NCBI RefSeq assembly: GCF_009914755.1 | Contig: NC_060937.1 | From: the human T2T-CHM13v2.0 reference genome, Homo sapiens | DNA length: 64,000 bases | Reading direction: 5' to 3' (one strand) | In this document: positions 1 through 14,891 of the stretch, piece by piece | How positions within the stretch are numbered: position 1 is the stretch's first letter | Layout: the number at the start of each line of letters is the position of its first letter | Program-made: the position numbers and the translations under genes | The notes under the pieces: model-generated | Told to the model about the DNA's origin: nothing | The model's input: only the letters and a program-made list of their open reading frames with translations | Database searches by the model: none

Positions 1-2331
1 CCAGACAGGGTGCTCCATGCTCCCTGGCTTGCGGGTGCTGCTGCTGAAACTCTGAGCAGGCCCAGCACAACATGTGCTCATATTTTCCTTCTTTCTGTGA
101 CAGAAGATCGCATTACTTCGGGGTTTCCAGATGTCTAAAATTGAAGTGTGTAAAATTGAGTATGGCTAGCAGCCCAATAAGATGTGAAATTCTATCAGGG
201 ATTTCCCTGACTGATAGAGATGGACCAACTCCACTCAAGTGTCGGGATGACCCATGTTATAGCTGAATCCAGGAGAGTGCAGGAGGGGAGGTCTCCTGGG
301 CTGCTCTGTGATGGAATGTGATGTCTGCATTCTGGATGGCTTCCCAATCTGGGGAGGAGCGGAGCTGGATAACTGGAATGTGCAGTGAGGTGAAGATGAG
401 ATTTCTCACCTTGATCTGTCCTCAGAGAACAAGCGTTTATCAGTTGAGATGATGAGGACATACATACAGATACATGGGCTCACAAAGTGAAAGCTATCCA
501 GGAGACCAGCACCTCGGGGAGAGGGATAACTGCTTGGGAGACAAGGTCTTTAAATTGGAATTTAGATTAGAAATATTTCCTCTATATGCTGAAGTTATCT
601 GCCCAGGGAAAGGAAGTCTTTCTTTAGAACGAGTGAACAGCTTTTTGCTTGGGGATGTACATCTGTTTATTTTAAAACGTAGTAAAAGTTCACAACCTAT
701 AGCGCAGATGTTTAGGGGTAAGGAAAGTGGATACCAATGGAACAGAATTACATGAACACAAGGCTGATGGCAGGAGTGGCACAGCAACAGCACATGGGAG
801 GAGACAGAGACTTAGCAAAAAAATCAAATGCAGGCTGTCAGGTGTACACTCGTTAGCTGTGCCAGGATGGAACAGACATCTGGGTGTGGAGAGAGTAATG
901 CGTTAAGAAATCGAAACAGGGCTGTGTGGGATGTGAAGAAATAAATGAGCAGCAATTGATGACAGAGACAATAGTTGATATGGCCAATGGCCTCCTCTGG
1001 ACAGATGAGTCTTTTGTGACCTCACATTTGATTCCTCCTTGTGAATGCGTGTGAGAGTGCTCTGTGAACAGCTTTTTACAGTCACTGGGAAGCAAAAGAG
1101 TTGCCAGGTCCCCTGGAGTGTTGCTGGTTAGGGTCTTACTCTATTTGTGGGCATTTTCAGCCCAGAAACACTCATTCTGCCATTAAAATCTAGTTAAGGG
1201 AGTGCAGACACAGATAAGAAGATAACTGCAAATATAAGGCAGGATGTGGTAGATGCCAAATGAGAGGTCTAAGTGATGGATTTTGAGGGATTCCATGGTG
1301 GGAAGAGACCACTGTGGGCAACTCAGCTCAACACAGGAATCCAAAATAGGCTTCCAGTTGCAGAGGGAAACTGCACAAAAAGATACCTCAGAAGACAGAT
1401 CTCATTGCAGATTAAAGCATGGATGAAGAGAGGAGAGACTAGAAATTGGGAGGTGCCTGCAAAATGCCTGACAGAAGACAGAGAGGGCCTGTTTTCTAGT
1501 GGTGACTGTGGGGTTGCAAACTAGGAAACAGATGGAAGAGTCCACAGAACTTGGTGGCTGATGGCATATGGAGATCAGGAAAGAAGGAGGAATCAAAGAT
1601 GGCTGTAAGCCTAGGAGACAGAGAGGGAAATGTGTTTCTTGGCAGGAATAGATGCTGGCTTTGAAAATAAAGCAATGAACTTGAGATGTGGCAGGTTCAA
1701 GATGACAGGAGGTATTCCATGAGGAACATCTGGCAGGCATTTGGTGGTGGGTTCTGGTGACACTTCAGAGCTGAGTGGTTAACTTGGGAGTCGTCAAACA
1801 CAGCAGCCATTGTAACTGGAAATTGAGAGCTGATGTGTTCCCTGAGGGAGTTAGTGTGTAGAGAGACATGCTTAGGAACTTTTGAGGGGTGTGCCTACAG
1901 CAAGTCTCAAAACAAGGAACAAAGACAAAGAAGGCACATGAAAAGAGCGAGGCAGAGAATTGGAGTAGCATGTTACAAAAAACCAAGGCAGGAGAGTTTC
2001 AAGCAGGAATGGGTGGGCAATGTAGTGAATTGCTACAAATAGATTCAAGAGAACGAGGACAAAATAGTTCTTAACTTTCTAGGTATAGCATTTACTCTAT
2101 TGTTCATTTATGTTTTATTTTTGGAGCAGTTTTATGTTCACAGCAAAATTGAGAGGAAGGTGTAGAGATTTCTCATGTACCTGCACACCTGCCCCATACC
2201 TGCACAGCCTCCATGTTATCAACATCCCCCACCAGAGTGGTACATTCATCCCAACTGATGAACCTACATTGGCACATCATCACCCAAAGTCCATAGTTTA
2301 CATTTGGATCCACTCTTGTTGTACATTTTAC

Positions 2332-2332
<1 letters not shown>

Positions 2333-2363
<31 letters not shown>

Positions 2364-3584
2364 AGACAGGGTCTTTGTTGCCTAGGCTGGAGTGCAGTGG
2401 TATGATCGTAGCTCACTGTAACCTCAAACTCCTGGGTTGAAGAGCTCTTCCTCTCTCAGCCTCCTCAGAGTAGGCAGGACTGCAGGCATGCACCACCATG
2501 CCTGGAAAATGTTTAAAAAATGAACAGGCAACCCACAAAATGGGAGAAAATTTTCTCAACCTTCTCATCTGACAAAGGGCTAATATCCCGAATCTACAAT
2601 GAACTCAAACAAATTTACAAGAAAAAAACAAACAACCCCATCAAAAAGTGGGCAAATGACATGAACAGACACTTCTCAAAAGAAGACATTTATGCAGCCA
2701 AAAAACACAGGAAAAAATGCTCACCATCACTGGCCATCAGAGAAATGCAAATCATAACCACAATGAGATATCATCTCACACCAGTTAGAATGGCAATCAT
2801 TAAAAAGTCAGGAAACAACAGGTGCTGGAGAGGATGTGGAGAAATAGGAACACTTTTACACTGTTGGTGGGAGTGTAAACTAGTTCAACCATTGTGGAAG
2901 TCAGTGTGGCGATTCCTCAGGGAGCTAGAACTAGAAATACCATTTGACCCAGCCATCCCATTACTGGGTATATACCCAAAGGACTATAAAACATGCTGCT
3001 ATAAAGACACATGCGCACGTATGTTTATTGCGGCACTATTCACAATAGCAAAGACTTGGAACCAGCCTGAATGTCCAACAATGATAGACTGGATTAAGAA
3101 AATGTGGCACATATACACCATGGAATACTATGCAGCCATAAAAAATGATGAGTTCATGTCCTTTATAGGGACATGGATGAAATTGGAAATCATCATTCTC
3201 AGTAAACTATCACAAGAACAAAAAACCAAACACCGCATATTCTCACTCATAGGTGGGAATTGAACAATGAGAACACATGGACACAGGAAGGGGAACATCA
3301 CACTCTGGGGACTGTTGTGGGGTCGGGGGAGGGGGGAGGGATAGCATTGGGAGATATACCTAAGGCTAGATGACGAGTTAGTGGGTGCAGCGCACCAGCA
3401 TGTCACATGTATACATATGTAACTAACCTGCACATTGTGCACATGTACCCTAAAACTTAAAGTATATTAAAAAAAATGTTTTGTAGAGATAGGGTCTTAC
3501 CGTGTTGCCCAGGCTGGCCTTGACCTCCTGGCATTAAGCAATCCTCCTGCTGAGGATAACAGGTGTGAGGCACTGTGCCCGGCC
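2333..3584 (-). mobile_element. AluJ-like element split at its central linker by an L1PA insertion
   Basis: Poly-T 2333-2362, right arm to about 2505, left arm resumes at about 3479 and ends in ggcc at 3584. Confidence 0.85.
2521..3470 (+). mobile_element. 5'-truncated young L1 (L1PA3/L1PA2-like), about 950 bp
   Basis: Uninterrupted ORF2p C-terminus (...[10 protein letters not shown]) plus full 3' UTR with GAG rather than the L1HS-Ta ACA diagnostic; TSD AAAAAATG at 2515-2522 and 3471-3478; TT/AAAA nick site. Confidence 0.95.
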
Positions 3585-4019
3585 ATTTTATGGTTTTTTG
3601 ACAAATATATAATGACATATATTCACCATTATAGTATCATACACCGTAATTTCCCTGCCTTCTAGATCCTCTGTGCTTTACCTATTCATCCGCCACTCCC
3701 CGTTAATCCCTGGAAACTGACGATTTTTTTATTTTTATTTTTTTTACTGTATCCATAGTTTTGCCTTTCCCAGAATGTCATATAGTTGGAATATGTAGCC
3801 TTTTCAGACTGGCTTCTTTCATTTAGTAATATGTATTATATTTAAGATTTCTCCATGTCTTTTCTTGGCTTGATAGTTCATTTCTTTTTAGTACTGAATA
3901 ATATCCCATTGTCTGGATGGATCACAGCTTATGTGTCCATTCACTGATTGAAAGACATGCTGGTTGCCTTCCAAGAAAATTATGAATAAAGCTGCTATAA
4001 ATATCCACATAAAGGTTAA

Positions 4020-4722
4020 AATTTTCTTATTGTGGCAAAATGCACATAACATAAAATTTACCATTTTAACCATTTTTAAGTATACAGTTCAGTGGTATTA
4101 AGTATATTCTTGTTGTACAATGATCACTGCCATCAGTCTCCAGAACTGTTTTCATTTTGTAAAACTGAAACTCTGTATCTATTAAACAATAACTCCCCAT
4201 TCCCTACTCCTTCCAGTCCCTGGAAACTACCATTCTTTCTGTCTCTGTGATTTTGACCACTCTACATACCTCATATAAAGAATCATATAGTATTTGTTGT
4301 TTTCTGACTGGCTTATTTCCCTTAGCATAATGTCCTCAAGGTTTTTCATGTTGTAGCATGTATCAAAATTTCCTGCCTTTTAAAAGCTGGATAATATTTC
4401 ATTGTGTGTATCCACCACTTTTTGTTTATCTATTAATTTGTGGATAGACACTTGTATTACTTCCACATTTTAGCTATTGGGAATGTTGCTATGAACACGA
4501 GTGTGCACAAATATTTTTCCTCTTCCTCTTCCTCCTCTTCGTCCTCTTCCTCCTCCTCCTCCTTCTCTTTCCCTTCCCCTTCCCTTTCCCCTTCCCCTTC
4601 CCCTTCTCCTTCTCCTTCTTCTTCTTCTTCTTCTCCTAGCATGACTTATTCCTTGACAAGTGACTCTGCTTTCAATCCTTTGGGTGTATTTACCCACAAG
4701 TGAAATTGCTGGATCACATGGT
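4020..4722 (-). mobile_element. L1MB-like 3' end nested in the older L1M
   Basis: Typical aacataaaatttaccattttaaccatttttaagt L1MB terminus; host L1M resumes at about 4725. Confidence 0.75.
4516..4636. repeat. Polypyrimidine simple repeat (TCC)n/(TTCCCC)n/(TTC)n
   Basis: About 120 nt almost entirely C/T on the plus strand. Confidence 0.9.
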
Positions 4723-5605
4723 ATTCCATGAGCAGGTTTTTGTGTGGACATAAGTTTTGAACTCATTTGGAAAAACACCACTAAGCACAATTGCTTGATC
4801 ATGTGTTGAGTATATTTTGCAGTAAGCAACTGCCCAACTGTGTTCTGAAGTGGCTGTACCATTTTGCAGTGCCACCAACAATGAATGAGAGTTGTTGTTG
4901 TCCCACGTCCTCACCAGCATTTGTTGTTGTCAGTGGTTTTGATTTTCACCATTTTAACAGTTGTGTAGTGTATCTTGTTGTTTTAATTTGCAATTCCCTA
5001 ATGGCATAAGATGTTGAGCATCTTTTCATATGCTTATTTGCCATCTGTACAGCTTTAGTGAGGTGTCTGTTCAGATCTTTTGTCCATTTTTAAATTAGAT
5101 TGTTTTCTTATTGTCAGAATTTTAAGAGTTCTTATATTTTGGATAATGGTTCTTTATCATATATGCCTTTTGCAAATATTTTCTCTTATTCTATCACTTG
5201 TCTTCTCATTCTTTTGACAGTGTCTTTCACAGGACAGAAGATTTTAATTTTAATGAAGTCCAGATCATTTATTATTTCTTTCATAGAACATAACTTTGGT
5301 GTTGTATCTGAAGAGTTACTGCCATATTCGAAGCCATCTAAATTTTCTCCTATGTTATCTTCAGAAGTTTTATAGTTTTAAATTTTACATTTATGTCTGT
5401 GATCCATTTTGAGTTAATTATTGTGAAGAGTGTAAGTAAGGTGTGTGTCTAGATTTATTTTTTGCATGTGGATGTCCAGTCATTCCAGTACCATTACTTG
5501 AAAAGACTATGTTTACTCCATTGCATGGCCTTTACTCCTTTGTCAAAGATCAGTTAACCCTCTTTGTGTAGGTATAATTCTGGGATCTCTATTCTTTTCA
5601 ATTAA

Positions 5606-6024
<419 letters not shown>

Positions 6025-6844
6025 TGTTCTACTCTTTTAATATTGTGTTGGCTATTCTGGGTCTTTTTCTTTTCCACATGAACTTTAGAATTAATTTGTC
6101 AATATCCATAAAATAACTTGCTGGGATATTGATTGGTATTACATTGAATCTATAGATCAAGTTGGGGAAAATACTGCCATCTTGACGATATGGTGCCTTC
6201 TTATGCATCAATATGGAATATTTCTCCATTTATTTAGTTGTTGTTTGATTTCTTTCATTAGCATTTTGTAAGTTTTCTCATATAGATCTTGAACATATTT
6301 AGATTTATACCTATTTTAGTATATATTTTATTTTGGTGGGTGCTAATGTAAATGGTATTGCACTTTAACTATCAAATTCTACTATTTTATTGTATTTTAA
6401 TTTCAATTTCCACTTTGTAGGAAAGCAATTGACTTGTATAATAACCTTGTATCCTGCAACCTTGCTATAAGTGTTTATTATTTAAAATTATTTCAGATTT
6501 TCTACATAGATAATCATGTCATCTGTGAACAAAGATAGTTTTATTTCTTCCTTTACAAGCAGTATACCTTTTATTTGCTTAACATGGTGTTGAAAAGGAA
6601 TGATAAGAAGAGACATTCTTGCCTTGCTTCTGATTTTAGCACTAGTTTCTCATAATTGAGTATGAGGTTGGCTGCAGGTTTTTTTGTAAATGCCCTTAAT
6701 CAGGTTGAGAGAGTTCCCCCCTATTCCTAGTTTGCTTAGAGTTTTAATCATGAGTGGATATTGGATTTTTTCAAGTGCTTTTTCTTCATCTATTGATATA
6801 AAGCATGAAATATGTATGTATATGTATTTATTAATATAACAATA

Positions 6845-6950
6845 TTGGCCATGTTGGCCAGGCTGGTCTCGAACTCCTGGCCTCAAGTGATCTGCCCACC
6901 TCAGCCTCCGAAAGTGCTAGGATTACAGGCATGAGCCACTGCGCCTGGCC
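6845..6950 (-). mobile_element. Alu left-monomer fragment
   Basis: ccatgttggccaggctggtctcgaactcctggcctcaagtgatc...gcgcctggcc. Confidence 0.85.
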
Positions 6951-6951
6951 C

Positions 6952-7472
6952 CTACAGTTAGGCAGAAACCCCTTCTAGGAAAACATTGCCTAACTGACAC
7001 CCTTAACTTAGGGGTCCTGCCAGCAGCACCGATTGGGCAGGAGAATGCTCTTACAAACATTCTTTCCTGATAAGCAGCTATAGACCATAAGCTGGTTCCA
7101 GCCAGCTTACAGACTGCACACAAAGGGTCTCTGCATGCTGTAGTTCACCTTCTGACATAAATGAGCAGAATTCCTCCTCATTTTAATGTTAAAAGCCTGA
7201 CCCAAAGTGAACATGAAATATATGATACATATATGTGAACTCACTGTGCATGCTTTACTTTCTCCATAAATATTCATAGGCATTTCCCAAACCTGATAAA
7301 TATGCATGTAAGGCAGACCCTGGAAGGCTTAAATGCCACTGTTTTCTTCTCTTTGGAGACGTGTTTTTTATTTCCCTGGAAGCTACGTTTCCCCAATCTG
7401 CAGGTTGTTATTCAGAAAGTACATTTTTCTCCTTTTTCCTTCCTCCATTGATCTCATGGTCATTTGTTGACA
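6952..7472 (+). mobile_element. ERV1 LTR, MER34/MER39-like (partial)
   Basis: Family-typical cattctttcctgataag, ctcattttaatg, aaagtgaacatg and ataaatattcat motifs; ends in ...gttgaca. Confidence 0.65.
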
Positions 7473-8329
7473 GGTAGATGTAGTGGCTAGGCGTGTGAGC
7501 TCCTGTTCTCCTAGTTACAATGAGCCATTCCCTCTTTGTTCTTTTCTTGTGTTTTGTGATCTTGATTACACTACTTATGGTCTCTATTTCCCTATCTCCT
7601 TAGGTGGTGAGGTTTAGGAGCGCAAAGTTCTGTCTAATTGGCCTTCCCATCTCCTACAGGCTCAGCACATGCCTATTATAGATTGGATGCTCCACAAGCA
7701 TTTGATGGAATTGAAATGAAATGAAATAATTATGCTAAAAAGAAATGGGTGTTCAATGTGTGAAGCAGGACTGAATAATGGTTAAGAACTTAGGCTTTCC
7801 AGTAAGACCAGTGCAGTCTCCAGAATTTCCACACTGGATGGGTTTAGGAGGGGCTGTCTATGTGGGAGGGAGAACAAAGGCATTTATCTTAAAGCTTCAT
7901 TTGCATAGAAATCCTTTGTTTTGACTAAATCGAACAGCCTCCTGAAAGTAATTCTTAACACTACCTTTGCTACAGATGGTTAAGGATTAAAATAACTTCT
8001 CCAACTTAAGTTTCCACATATGCAAAATAGATAATAATACAGTAATAATTCTGACCCCAGTAGGGTGTTGAGAGGATCACTGGGATAGTGTGTGTTAAGT
8101 ATTCTTTGGCCTGCCACACTAAGTATTCAATAAAAAACTATTGTTATTATTACTATGATATTTTAAGTTGGTTATATTCATAACATGTTAGAATGTTAGA
8201 AGGGAGCTCAGAAACAGCAAAAATACAGGCTTTGGAGTCCACGGACCTAAGTGGGAATCCTGTCTCCACCCTTTCCTAGCAGGGTGACCCTGGGTACACT
8301 GCTCATCCAATAAGACCTTGGTACGTGAG

Positions 8330-8471
8330 AACCACTTGGACTTGCTAAAATCATATTCCAGGGCCCCACCCTAGATATTCTGATTGAGTTGTTTTATGGT
8401 GAGGCCCAGAGAACTGCATTTTACAAGTTTTCCAGGTGATTTGGATTCATGAACTCTAAGAACCATAGTTT
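8330..8471. mobile_element. MER5A (hAT-Charlie MITE)
   Basis: gggccccaccctagatattctgatt...gtgaggcccagagaactgcattttacaagttttccaggtgatt. Confidence 0.75.
8450..8464 (-). promoter_or_regulatory. DR3 VDRE candidate GGTTCT-tag-AGTTCA inside MER5A
   Basis: Plus strand TGAACT cta AGAACC; one perfect and one 5/6 half-site; 47.3 kb upstream of the KL ATG. Confidence 0.5.
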
Positions 8472-10073
8472 GTGAAATGTTGACTTAGTCTAAGTCTCAG
8501 AGGTTTTTTGTTTTTTGTTTTCTCCCATAAAATGGAGCAGGAATACCTGCTTCATGGTTTTGGATGGAAAATATCTGGCCCCAAATCTGGCTTATTGCAG
8601 GGAATCTGGCTTACTGTGCTTAGAAGCTTTGGCTATCTTCCTTCTAGATATGGTCTCTTTAACTATTTCATCCAACCATGTGCAGCCAGTGTCACAGAAG
8701 AGACCAAACTCTGTGTTAGAAGCTGATGGAATTCAGGTAGCGAATCAAAGACCACCAAACATTAAAGAGTAAAAAGTGTCTGCGAAACACATCAGATGTA
8801 TTTTGCAGAATATACCTCTGTAATAGAATGGGTTTCCCCTTCCCCTTGCAAATCAGCCATGTATGGAAATAAAAAAATTCCACTCTGATGAGCACATTTC
8901 CCTGCTTTCAAATGCCAGAAACCATGTGAACAGTGAGCAAGGAAGGCCCGCACCATCACCATCAGCAGACAACGGTTTCATAACGAATTCTACAAATTTG
9001 ACTCCTTGCCTGCCTCTAATTCTTTAATGGAATACTAGGAGAAAATTAACAGAGTCTGATGACCTCAGAGGACTTTTGAGGGGAAAGCTAAGTCCATGCT
9101 GGACTGAGTCAGCTACATAGAAAATGAAACTTCAGTTTGCCCACAGCCTGCCGCTTTCAAGGTTCTTGTTTGCTACGCGTGTGCTCGATCCACCCATCCC
9201 TCTTAGCTGATGTTTGCTGCTGCTGTTGCTGCAGAATGGGAACTTTGAAGCCCTGCTTCCTATAATAAGCTAGATGAGCTCATTTGTTAATGTTTTTCCT
9301 TCCTGTTATACTTTTCAGTATGTTAGGCTGCTATTTAACATTGAATTGTCACAATCTGTGGCATTATATAATGATATAATTTCTTTGCTGTATAATTGGT
9401 AAAGAACTTTGTGATGATTCTGATGGGAGGGAGATAAAAACTATCAAGAAACATAAGGCTGTGAGTATATAAATGCAAAAATAGCCAATTCCATCAACTG
9501 TCCCCAGAATGAGTCGGGCAAAAAATATTAAGCTTCCTTTTTGGCTTTTTTTCTTCTGTGCAAGGAAAATATTTTAAACTGAGTTTTTTCCCTTTTCATC
9601 CATTGTTTGTGGACACAGGATATAGAGCAGCAGGGGAGAAGACAAAAAATCTGCTGAAAGCTGGTTCTGTTTAACAGATTAGATTCAAATTTGTTTTTAA
9701 GAAGAACGGATTTGTGATGTTTTATTCAGGCACAGCAATGGCAATATAATCAGAGTTGAAATCTGCCTTAAAGAAAGAATTTTTGTAATTATAAACTCCC
9801 AAATAAAGATTTGAAACAGAATCTGATTTGCCTATCTATGGGTAGCTTTTCTTAGTTTTAATTTATCCAAACACTCACTCATTCATTCAACAAACACTGG
9901 CTGCTGCCCTCTGTGCAAGACACTGGGAAAAGAGAGGTAAAATAATTTGTGCCCTCCGAAAGGAGTGCTCCGATACTCCTCTTAGTAGCTCCCATGGAAT
10001 CCCCAGTGTACCCTATCACAGCATGTTTTCTATTTGATTGAAACTACTTATTCAACAAACATTTGTTTAATAC

Positions 10074-10307
10074 TTTTTTTTATTTCAGTAGCTTTAGGGG
10101 TACAAGTGGTTTTTAATTACATGGATGAACTGTATAGTAGTGAAAGTCTGAAAGTTTAGTGTACCCATCACAGGAGTAGTGTATATTGTACCCAATATGT
10201 AGCTTTTTATCCCTCCCTGCTCTGAGTCTCCAATGTCCACTATACTAACCTGTATGCCTTTGCATACCCAGAGCTTGGCTCCCACTTATAAGTGAGAACA
10301 TACAGTG
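10074..10307 (-). mobile_element. L1PB-like 3' end fragment
   Basis: ggggtacaagtggttttt..ttacatggatgaa...ctcccacttataagtgagaacat. Confidence 0.8.
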
Positions 10308-11699
10308 TTCCAACAATTATTTGTCAAGTATTTCCTCTGTGTGAAGCACAGGGCTACATGGTTCCCGCCTACCCCGTAGGGCTGTTGTGGGGATTAAGGA
10401 ATAAGGATCAAACTACTTGACACCACACCTGTGCCTAGAAGGTATTTAACAGGTGTCTGATGAATGACTTCATGGCCAGTAGGAAAGATTGCTAGTGACC
10501 CTGTGATTGTGAACTTCAGTAGGATGAGGTGGTGGAGAAGGACCAAAGCTTCCAGCATCTTCTGGCGGCAGTAATTCTTCACCTTTCCTGCAGTCACACT
10601 TTTTGAACTTCTGGTCTACCTACTTCTGCTTAGGTTTCTCTTTTTGGCCTCAGCCACTTTGTGACTCCCCTCTTTCCTTCCTCCCTCCCTCCTTTCTCTT
10701 TCTTTCTATCATTTTCATTCTGCACACACTGTGATCATAAAACTTGAGCAATATTTTACTCCACCAAATGTGTTCAAGGTGATAGAAGATTTGGCTGCTC
10801 AGGAGGACCCATCAGGAGTCCCAAATCATTGGCCTGTATGAGTCAGGGCAGTGGGCCAGGCTCAGTCCCTACAGGTTGGGCCAACCTGAGGATGACAAGA
10901 ATGGTGTCTTTATTATAACTTGAAGTTATAATAAAGGTACACACACATGCCTTGCTGTATATTTCTACACATAAATCTTATTCAAGGGAGGTTTTGATAT
11001 TCCAAATTATGGAACAAAAAATGCTGATTCTTCTGATAGGAATTCCAGAATATGGAATGAGAGACTGGAATATGTGGAGTGAAAGAAATGAGGGGTTATT
11101 GATTCTTGGAAGAAAAATACAACTTGGAGAATTCAGTTGTCATTTCCCCAGCACTCATTAGGATATTTTAATTATATAGGATCATGAATGAAGGAAATGA
11201 TATATCTTCTACAACTTTACGAAAATTGTAAAAAGGGAAAGGGCCTTGTTTATCACCTTTCAAAGAATTAATCCCTAAGCATATCTTTTCCCCTTGGCCT
11301 GAGGGCAGTGTCTCTCACAGGTCTGAGGACCATGTTGGCTTTTGCTCTCCATAAATCCTCACAGCCTCATGCAGTGCCCGGTGCCCAGAAAGTAACCAAT
11401 ATCCATTTTTGATGTAAAGTAATCAGGTGTGTAGAAGTTACTTTGAAATACTGCATTCTGTAGCTCAAATTCTCCAAACAGAATTCTTGACCAAATGATA
11501 AAATAAAAAGTCAAAGAAAACATAGATAGCAAACCAGAACGTGGCATTAAGGCATAACTTCCCAAATGGGATTTTAAACCATTAACATGAATGACAATAA
11601 CATATTTTGGTTTTAGGTAATAATTGTTTGAGAAATTCAGAATTGACAGGGTGGCACTCCTAGGGGCTCAGTGCTGGCTGCTATTATGATGGTCTAGAC

Positions 11700-12232
<533 letters not shown>

Positions 12233-12595
12233 GTTTAGACATTCACTGTAATAAGTGGGTTCAGCCTTTTGACTGGGAAATTGGAAAAAATAATTCATAA
12301 GGGAGCTATGAGAAAAACAAAATAAAACAAAACAAACCCTGACTTCAGCTTACTGGGAACAATTTTCTAGTCTTAGCATCAGCAAATTAAATTATCATAC
12401 TCAAGCCATTTGAGTAATCCCTGGATATATGGAATCCAAATAGGTGAACTCAGCAGCATTGGTTTATGAATGAACTCGAATCACTATCTAGGTCTGATTA
12501 ATTAGATGACAATCAATTTTAAATCAGATCAAATTATGCATGAGTGAAAAAGAAGTTGATTGAATAGCTCACCTAAAGGCATAGTCACATTCTAG

Positions 12596-12916
<321 letters not shown>

Positions 12917-13912
12917 TGATTTATTGGATTCTATCCATAAACTGTTGATAAAAGCTAACTTGCATTTTGTCTGACTTGGGTTTTCTTTTCCATCCACTAC
13001 ATAGCATTTTTCATAATATTATGCTATTAATAGAGGATTCTTAACCAGTAGTTTCTTGTGTTAAGGATCCTGCCTTCAGATAGCAGGAAAGTTTGTCTTA
13101 GGGAATTGATAAGGTGTATCTGTAAGCAGGCGGCTGAATTGGACACAACTGAAAGATGTGGTTCTCGAATTTGCTATGGCTAATTATGATAGTTTTTGGA
13201 ATACAAGGACTATTATTTCTTGGCTTCTGGTGCTTGCATCGTTGTATAAACAGGCCACCTAGAGACCAACCAAATCTTTTCTTTGTATCTATTGAAGCAT
13301 GCATGCATGCACATGGCTATTGTCTCTGGTGCCAGTGGACCCAAACACAAGAATATTATTCCTGAATCTTGCCAAGATTTTTAATGCAACTACGGTGCTT
13401 ACAAAATAAGACTATGTAAGGCAGCTGTGCTATCATGTTGTGTTAACTTTTAAAATTTTAGTGTCAATCTCTAGTGCTTTCCTTTGGGGCTAGTTACTGT
13501 TGAAATGTATAGTACTCATGGACAGAGGTAAATGTGTCCAGGGCATCTTTCTCTAGAGGGTACAACTCTGGACTGTCAAACTTGAGTCCAGAGTCTTGAG
13601 TGCGACAGTCATCAGGATTGACCTGTCCTCATCTCTTCCCCTAACCATGCTGGGAGAGTCTCTGCTTGAGATTTCACGGGGACAACAATAGAATTCATTG
13701 AGGATGATTAAAATCACTTTATGGATTAGAATGGATATAATCCAATTATTTTACAGATAACTCTAGTATGCCTATGTGAAACATAGTCCCTCAATGTGGG
13801 GCCCTAACGGAGACCAGTTTCAAAATTTTTAGATTTTTAACTTTTGGGGGGTAATAGAGCTAGCAGCTTCTCTGTACGGGCAGGAATGGGGGTTCCGTTG
13901 GAGCATATCTTT

Positions 13913-14891
<979 letters not shown>

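Noticed and set aside
4440-4862. Poly-Ser, poly-Glu and poly-Arg ORFs
   Set aside because: Arise from the pyrimidine simple repeat.
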